Shown: positions 58,260 to 64,000 of the stretch, piece by piece
How positions within the stretch are numbered: the first letter of the stretch is position 1
How the letters are laid out: the number at the start of each line of letters is the position of its first letter
From: Bacteroidota bacterium
GTDB taxonomy: Bacteria > Bacteroidota > Bacteroidia > Bacteroidales > FEN-979
Reading direction: 5' to 3'
Length of the DNA stretch: 64,000 nt
NCBI GenBank assembly: GCA_043810345.1
Contig: JBDROF010000102.1
Span: 22,118 to 86,117, forward strand
Notes under the pieces: generated by a model
What the model saw: the letters and a program-made list of their open reading frames with translations, nothing else
Told to the model about the DNA's origin: nothing
The model's database searches: none
Program-made: the position numbers and the translations under genes

Positions 58260-58811
58260 CTATGTAAAACATGCGTCAACGAATTTTATTGCATTCCTCA
58301 ACCGCTCTTCCCCCAGGCCGGAAACAACACGGAAGTTCCAGCCACGTTCCAGCATCTCGTCGTAATAGAGGTTAAAGAGCTGTTCCCGCATGTGCGGATG
58401 CTCCCGTTGCGGATCCTCCTCCCAGGGTGTGTCGATATAGCAAAGGAGGTACAGATCGTAGGAATAGACTTCCAACTGCTTCAGGATCCAGGCATCACAC
58501 CGGCTGAATTTCACCTCACTCCAGATCTTGGTGACCAGCAGTTCGGTATCACAGAACAGGTATTGCTTACGGCCTGCATGACCATGAATCCATTTCTCTT
58601 TCGCTAATGCTTCCTCTGCTTCTTTCTCCAGGTTCAGCTGACCCCCGGCGATCGTCAGGATGTCATGTTCTTCATAAGGCCGGCCCAGCTGATCGATGTA
58701 CTCCCGGGCAAACTCCGCCACCCAGAGCGTGTGATAGTGGTTTGCCAGTTGCTCCGCCAGCATCGACTTGCCCGTTGATTCCGGTCCGGTAATAGCGATT
58801 CTTCTAATCAT
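58260..58811 (-). CDS. NadR-type AAA ATPase / ribosylnicotinamide kinase-like protein
   Basis: 183-aa ORF with the P-loop ITGPESTGKS, adjacent to pnuC as in NadR-PnuC modules. Confidence 0.7.
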   Translation of the reverse strand: MIRRIAITGPESTGKSMLAEQLANHYHTLWVAEFAREYIDQLGRPYEEHDILTIAGGQLNLEKEAEEALAKEKWIHGHAGRKQYLFCDTELLVTKIWSEVKFSRCDAWILKQLEVYSYDLYLLCYIDTPWEEDPQREHPHMREQLFNLYYDEMLERGWNFRVVSGLGEERLRNAIKFVDACFT

Positions 58812-58824
58812 ATTGTCAATAGTA

Positions 58825-58877
58825 CCCCTAAATCCCCTTCTGAAGGGGACTTACTCCCCCTTTAGGGGGCCGGGGGG
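58825..58877. repeat. composite GC-rich hairpin element, second copy
   Basis: The sequence reads CCCCTAAATCCCCttctgaaGGGGACTTactCCCCCtttaGGGGGccgggggg. Both modules are shared with 23339-23434. It contains the pnuC stop codon (58828-58830) and its last roughly 16 codons. Confidence 0.9.
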
Positions 58878-59523
58878 CATTTACGATCTTCCTCCTCCAT
58901 TCCACAAATCCAAAAATAGCAATTACCGTGAACACCAGGAACTGGAAAGAACTAAGGTAGAGGTTCAGCCAGGCAAACATCCCGATAGAGATCACATCGC
59001 CGATGATCCAGAGAATCCAGTGCTCGATCTTTTTCTGGGCCAGCAACCACATAGCAACGATATAAATGGCTGTGGTCACTGCATCCCAGGCTGGTATCTC
59101 ACTATCTGTAAACTGAACCAGAAGAAATCTGAGGCTAAAGAAGAAACCCGGGATGATCAGGGCATAGATCAGTAGGCCCCGTATCGACAGACGGGTTATC
59201 CTGATCCGCTCATCCTGTTCGTTTTTCCTCAACCAGTTGTACCAGCCATAAGCGCTCATGACCGCATAGAACACATTGATTCCGGCATAGGCATACAACC
59301 TGGAAGAGAAACAGATGTAGACGTAAATCAGTACATTGATGATTCCGAAGGGGTAAACGAGGATCTTCTCCTTTTTCATAAACCACACACTGGCAAGTCC
59401 GCACAACACAGCGAATATCTCCAGAATGGTTGTCTGGGTTCCCAGGATAACAAACGGATCGGTCAGCACGAAACGAAAGTTATTAACATCATGGGGCAAA
59501 GATATTTTAAAATGACGGAGCAT
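58828..59523 (-). CDS. pnuC: nicotinamide riboside transporter PnuC
   Basis: 231-aa polytopic ORF with ...VWFMKKEKILVYPFGIINVLIYVYI... and ...YGWYNW... PnuC motifs. The C-terminal ...NAPRPPKGGVSPLQKGI is encoded by the hairpin element. Confidence 0.85.
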   Translation of the reverse strand: MLRHFKISLPHDVNNFRFVLTDPFVILGTQTTILEIFAVLCGLASVWFMKKEKILVYPFGIINVLIYVYICFSSRLYAYAGINVFYAVMSAYGWYNWLRKNEQDERIRITRLSIRGLLIYALIIPGFFFSLRFLLVQFTDSEIPAWDAVTTAIYIVAMWLLAQKKIEHWILWIIGDVISIGMFAWLNLYLSSFQFLVFTVIAIFGFVEWRRKIVNAPRPPKGGVSPLQKGI

Positions 59524-59569
59524 GGAGGAAATGATATAATTTTGCGCGATTCTTCAAATCCTTCCTTCT

Positions 59570-60805
59570 ATGCCACCTGTGGCTCACTTTCAGTTGCCGT
59601 TGATTGTAACACTGCTTCTCCTACTATTGTCGGCCAGGGTACTCGGCGAACTATTTGAACGGATCGGTGCACCCGCCATGGTTGGGGAGGTATTGGCCGG
59701 GGTCATTCTTGGCCCCTCCCTCATCAACCTGGTGGTTCCCTCCCCGGAACTCAAGGTGATCTCCGATCTCGCTGTCTTCCTGCTAATCATCATGGCAGCC
59801 CTGGAGATCTCGCCGGAGGAGATCCGGAAGGCCCTGAAACCCGGCACCATCTGGATTGCCGTGTTCGGTTTTTGTGTCCCCTTCCTGAGCGGTATCTCTG
59901 CGGGAATGCTTCTTGGATATACCCCTATATTTTCCTTGTTTCTGGGCCTCTGTATCTCCATCACAGCATTGCCGGTCACCGTGCGGATCCTGATGGACCT
60001 GGGCATGCTTCAGAGTGATACCGGACAAATGATCATCACCGCAGCGATCTTCAATGACGTTCTGTCCCTGCTGATCCTGGGAATACTTCTTGATTTTCCC
60101 GGGGAGTCCGGATCTATCCGGCAATTCATCATCTCCGTCGGGATTACTGTGCTGAAGCTGATCCTGTTTATTTCCCTGCTCTATGTAACCTTCCGGCTGA
60201 TCAGATATGCCTCGCAGAAGCTGGACTTCATCAGTCTGCAACTGGACAGGTTTCTGCTCGTTCTGAAAGGGAAGGAATCGATGTTTGCCTTGGTAATGCT
60301 CTTCGTCCTGATGTTTGCCAGCATATCTGAACTACTGGGGATCTATTTCATTGTGGGAGCCTTCTTCGGAACCATCCTGATCCCCCGGGTTATCGTTTCC
60401 AGAAATGACTTCCGAAGAGTAAAAGAGGCCGCTTCCGGGATCTCTTCCGGTTTTCTGGTGCCGATATTTTTTGCCGCCATGGGGGCCTCCTTCAGTTTGT
60501 CAGCCCTGCAGGATTACACCCTCTTTCTGATCCTGGCCGGTACCATTTTTACCAGTAAGATCCTCGGTGGATATCTGGGTGGGCGACTCTCCGGAATGAA
60601 TTCACGCGATGCCCTGACCCTGGGTATCGGGATCAATGCCGGGGGAGTTATGGCCCTGGTTATTACCAACATTGCTCTGAATAAAAACCTGATCGATCTG
60701 AACCTCTTTTCGATCCTGGTGTTACTGGCACTGATCACTACCCTGATCACTCCATTACTATTGAAGCTCTCTTTTAGAAGAACCGGGAGGTCCGTATCCT
60801 TGTAA
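59570..60805 (+). CDS. cation:proton antiporter (CPA family, Kef/NhaP-like membrane domain)
   Basis: 411-aa polytopic ORF. The N-terminal ...LLLSARVLGELFERIGAPAMVGEVLAGVILGPS... is typical of Na+/H+ exchanger family proteins. Confidence 0.8.
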   Translation: MPPVAHFQLPLIVTLLLLLLSARVLGELFERIGAPAMVGEVLAGVILGPSLINLVVPSPELKVISDLAVFLLIIMAALEISPEEIRKALKPGTIWIAVFGFCVPFLSGISAGMLLGYTPIFSLFLGLCISITALPVTVRILMDLGMLQSDTGQMIITAAIFNDVLSLLILGILLDFPGESGSIRQFIISVGITVLKLILFISLLYVTFRLIRYASQKLDFISLQLDRFLLVLKGKESMFALVMLFVLMFASISELLGIYFIVGAFFGTILIPRVIVSRNDFRRVKEAASGISSGFLVPIFFAAMGASFSLSALQDYTLFLILAGTIFTSKILGGYLGGRLSGMNSRDALTLGIGINAGGVMALVITNIALNKNLIDLNLFSILVLLALITTLITPLLLKLSFRRTGRSVSL

Positions 60806-60844
60806 AAAAGTTTATCTTTACGCCCGTCGTGAAACGCTGAAAGC

Positions 60845-61510
60845 ATGATAGATCTGTTGAAGTTTCTGGTCGATTTTATTTTCCACATCGACCAGCACCT
60901 GCTACGAATTGTCTCTGACTACCAGACCTGGACCTACCTGATCCTCTTTGCCATCATCTTTATGGAGACAGGATTCGTTATCACGCCGTTTCTCCCTGGT
61001 GACTCTTTGTTATTTGCTGCCGGGACGATTGCTGCCATGACAGGCAATCCACTCAACGTTTGGGTGATCATTCCGCTCCTGATTATCGCTGCATTCCTGG
61101 GCGACAACACCAATTACTTCATCGGGAAGTTTCTGGGACATAAGGTCTACGAGAAAAATTATAAACTCATCAAACGGGAATACCTGGATCAGACTCACCA
61201 GTTTTACGAGAAGCACGGCAGGATCACCATCATCATCGCCAGGTTCATACCGATCATCCGGACATTCGCCCCCTTTGTGGCAGGAGTAGGTACCATGCAC
61301 TACATCCGCTTTGTCTCCTTCAGTATCCTGGGAAATATTTTATGGGTGACCTTCTTCACCCTGACAGGATATTTCTTTGGAAACATTCCGATTATTAAAA
61401 ATAATTTTACTATCGCTATTGTTGGGATTATCTTTGTATCCATACTTCCCATGATCATCGCCGGTGTCAGAAAATACCTGGAAAACCGGAAACGTAGAAA
61501 CAGTGTATGA
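60845..61510 (+). CDS. dedA: DedA-family membrane protein
   Basis: 221-aa ORF with ...ETGFVITPFLPGDSLLFAAG... and ...ARFIPIIRTFAPFVAG... DedA/SNARE-associated motifs. Confidence 0.85.
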   Translation: MIDLLKFLVDFIFHIDQHLLRIVSDYQTWTYLILFAIIFMETGFVITPFLPGDSLLFAAGTIAAMTGNPLNVWVIIPLLIIAAFLGDNTNYFIGKFLGHKVYEKNYKLIKREYLDQTHQFYEKHGRITIIIARFIPIIRTFAPFVAGVGTMHYIRFVSFSILGNILWVTFFTLTGYFFGNIPIIKNNFTIAIVGIIFVSILPMIIAGVRKYLENRKRRNSV

Positions 61511-63471
61511 GTCGCTCGGGTCATAAAAGCCAGATCACCGGGGCCTCTACTGCCGGTGTGCTGGTCACCCTCGGTATTATCTTCGGCGATATCGGGACCT
61601 CCCCTCTCTACGTTATGCGCGCCATCATCCATGGAGCTGATACCATCTCCGAGATGTTCATCCTGGGTGGCCTCTCCCTGGTTTTCTGGACGCTGACCCT
61701 GCAAACCACTATCAAGTACATCACCATCACCCTGCGGGCTGACAACAAAGGGGAAGGAGGGATTTTTGCCCTCTTTGCCCTGATCCGGAAACGGGCCAAA
61801 TGGGCATACCTGTTTGCCATGATCGGGGGATGCACCCTGCTTTCGGATGGGGTGATCACCCCTGCCATCACCATCGTTTCGGCCGTGGAAGGGCTCATCA
61901 TCGTCAATCCCCGTGTTCCGGTTGTTCCCATTGCCCTGGTCATCATCACGGTGATTTTTTTCATTCAGAAATACGGCACCAAGGTGGTGGGCCGATCGTT
62001 CGGTCCCATCATGCTGGTCTGGTTCACGATGCTGGGGACACTGGGATTACTGCAAATTATCCAGTATCCTGTCATTCTCAAAGCGCTCAATCCCTATTAC
62101 GGATACTATTTCCTGACCCACTTTCCGCAAGGTTTCCTGTTGCTGGGAGCTGTGTTCCTCTGTACCACAGGCGCCGACGCACTCTATTCAGACCTGGGCC
62201 ATTGCGGACTGAAAAATATCCGGATCTCCTGGAGCTACGTAAAAACCACCCTGTTACTGAACTACTTCGGCCAGGGAGCCTGGATCCTGATCAATGCCGA
62301 TTATGTGAACGAATGGACCAACCCCTTCTTTGCCATCATGCCCTCCTGGTTCCTGATCTTCGGGATCGGCATTGCTACGGTAGCGGCAATCATTGCCAGC
62401 CAGGCTATGATCACCGGATCTTACACGTTGATCAGTGAAGCGATATCCCTGAACTTCTGGCCCAAGATCAAGATCAATTACCCGACCAACATCAAAGGGC
62501 AGATGTACATCTCCAGCATCAATTGGATCCTCTACTTCTGCTGTGGCTTTGTCGTGCTCTTCTTCCAGAAATCAGCAAACATGGAGGCTGCATACGGACT
62601 GACGATCAACATCACCATGCTGATGACTACACTGCTGTTGAGCGTCTACCTGTTCAAAAAGAAAGTACCGGTTTACCTGATCGGGCTCTTTCTGGCGATT
62701 TACCTGTTCATTGAAGGGTCTTTTCTGGTAGCCAATCTCAATAAGTTTATCTACGGTGGATGGTTCACCTTCCTGCTTGGTAGTTTGTTGTTTGTGGTGA
62801 TGTATGTCTGGTTTAACGGCCGGAAGATCAAGAACTCCTTCATCGAATTTGTTAAAATCGAAAACTACTTCGAGATCATCAAAGAGCTTCACATCGACGA
62901 ATCGATCCCCAAATACGCCACTCACCTTGTATTTCTTACAAAAGCAAATAAGGCCACCGATGTGGAGACCAAGATCATCTATTCCATGCTCAACAAACAA
63001 CCAAAACGTGCTGATGTTTACTGGTTGTTACACGTCGATATTCTCGATGACCCTCATGTGCTGGAATACAAGATCACTCAGTTGATCCCCGATATCCTGA
63101 TCAAGGTGGATTTCAAAATCGGATTCAAGGTTCAGCCCCGGGTGAACCTCTTCTTCCACCAGGTGATAGAAGAGATGAGCCGGAACAACGAAATAGACCT
63201 GGTGAGTAAATACGAGTCCCTTAGGAAGTTCCATGTCATGAGTGACTTCCGGTTCATTGTCATCGACCGGATCCAGAACTACGACTTTGATTTTCCGCCC
63301 AAAGAGCAGTTTATCATGGACATGTATGATGTTTTCAAGAAATTCGGCATCAGTGAAGTGAGGGCCTTGGGGCTGGATACCAGTAACGTGACCATTGAAA
63401 CAGTACCCCTTTACGTCGACAAGGAGATTCCGGTACTCCTGACGCCACATGACCAGAAGAAGCATCAATAG
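61507..63471 (+). CDS. kup: KUP/HAK/KT potassium uptake transporter
   Basis: 654-aa ORF with ...LGIIFGDIGTSPLYVMRA... and ...GADALYSDLGHCG... Kup signatures. Its ATGA start overlaps the dedA stop. Confidence 0.92.
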   Translation: MSRSGHKSQITGASTAGVLVTLGIIFGDIGTSPLYVMRAIIHGADTISEMFILGGLSLVFWTLTLQTTIKYITITLRADNKGEGGIFALFALIRKRAKWAYLFAMIGGCTLLSDGVITPAITIVSAVEGLIIVNPRVPVVPIALVIITVIFFIQKYGTKVVGRSFGPIMLVWFTMLGTLGLLQIIQYPVILKALNPYYGYYFLTHFPQGFLLLGAVFLCTTGADALYSDLGHCGLKNIRISWSYVKTTLLLNYFGQGAWILINADYVNEWTNPFFAIMPSWFLIFGIGIATVAAIIASQAMITGSYTLISEAISLNFWPKIKINYPTNIKGQMYISSINWILYFCCGFVVLFFQKSANMEAAYGLTINITMLMTTLLLSVYLFKKKVPVYLIGLFLAIYLFIEGSFLVANLNKFIYGGWFTFLLGSLLFVVMYVWFNGRKIKNSFIEFVKIENYFEIIKELHIDESIPKYATHLVFLTKANKATDVETKIIYSMLNKQPKRADVYWLLHVDILDDPHVLEYKITQLIPDILIKVDFKIGFKVQPRVNLFFHQVIEEMSRNNEIDLVSKYESLRKFHVMSDFRFIVIDRIQNYDFDFPPKEQFIMDMYDVFKKFGISEVRALGLDTSNVTIETVPLYVDKEIPVLLTPHDQKKHQ

Positions 63472-63551
63472 CATCATGAAAATTATATAAAGTAAAGCAA
63501 CTTCAATAATAATGTAGTGTAATATATTATTGAAAATGACTAAATTGCGAG

Positions 63552-64000
63552 GTGCTCCAGCATTGGATAATATCGAGGTTTAACCGAGAACGACTACATC
63601 GTAAAAGCAATTCATTTGCAATTGCCATCATCCCTTTTCTCTTTTTATTTTCTTGCGTGAGTTATTGTCAAAGCGATTACGAATTTTGGTTTGTGGCACC
63701 GGCTGTCACATATCGGACTATTCCTCCGAGTCCAATAATTCTTACTCAGTTAAACCAGCCAGTAAGATTATATATTACAACGGCTGAAGGACCTGCAACG
63801 GTTAAAGTTGAACAACCTGCGAATCCATCCTTTATTCCGATTATATCATCTGTTTCTAATGATTCTGCCAGAGAGGTTAATCTGACGCCTTTTCTTGATA
63901 TTATTGAAAACAAACCTGCAGATACCGTGCTTAATTACGGTTTAAGAATTAGCTCAAATAGAAGAATTAATTTACAAAAAATGGAAATCAAGGAAACTTC
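63552..64000 (+). CDS. 5' part of a secreted protein gene (runs off the window end)
   Basis: The frame is open from 63540 to the window end and contains no ATG; GTG at 63552 is the best start. Signal-like ...FAIAIIPFLFLFSCVSYCQS is followed by DYEFWFVAPAVT..., reminiscent of N-termini of large Bacteroidota surface proteins. The region looks AT-rich. Confidence 0.45.
   Translation, partial: MLQHWIISRFNRERLHRKSNSFAIAIIPFLFLFSCVSYCQSDYEFWFVAPAVTYRTIPPSPIILTQLNQPVRLYITTAEGPATVKVEQPANPSFIPIISSVSNDSAREVNLTPFLDIIENKPADTVLNYGLRISSNRRINLQKMEIKET

Overview
This 64-kb chromosomal segment has a Bacteroidota-type backbone. The conserved block tRNA(Thr,Tyr,Gly,Thr)-tuf-tRNA(Trp)-secE-nusG-rplK-rplA-rplJ-rplL-rpoB-rpoC lies on the minus strand at 8.5-21.6 kb. 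Around it are housekeeping genes: comEC, lpxB, surE, maf, kdsC, rpsU-xerC-hpf, a DPP-IV peptidase, a crotonase/3-hydroxyacyl-CoA dehydrogenase/thiolase/NMO operon, pyk, a LytS/LytTR-type two-component pair, dapF, mltG, nnr, parE, a small polysaccharide locus, pnuC plus a nadR-like kinase, and cation/K+ transporters. Two blocks look more AT-rich by eye and appear accessory. (i) 26.6-30.6 kb lies directly 3' of tRNA-Val and holds a porin-like OMP, a GH16-like protein and a T9SS-sorted repeat protein. (ii) 31.7-38.5 kb holds a GT4 fusion, two GH130-like genes and a GT4 gene, followed by IS630-like and IS21 istB debris. This block truncates an acyl-CoA dehydrogenase gene and lies between two paralogous receiver-only response regulators. 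The signal that gene annotation does not explain is a dense set of short, strictly phased heptamer/octamer tandem arrays plus small CCCCTCCC/GGGAGGGG hairpin elements at gene boundaries. The arrays draw on a small shared vocabulary, keep the same word order at distant loci, and are oriented consistently with the adjacent gene. They overlap stop and start codons, and in dapF and nnr they sit in frame inside coding sequence. Two gene lesions are also visible: an in-frame TAG replaces a conserved Glu codon in rpoB, and an HD-domain gene is frameshifted. No CRISPR array, rRNA gene or intact mobile element is present. All calls rest on reading the sequence and ORF translations by eye; no database search was run.
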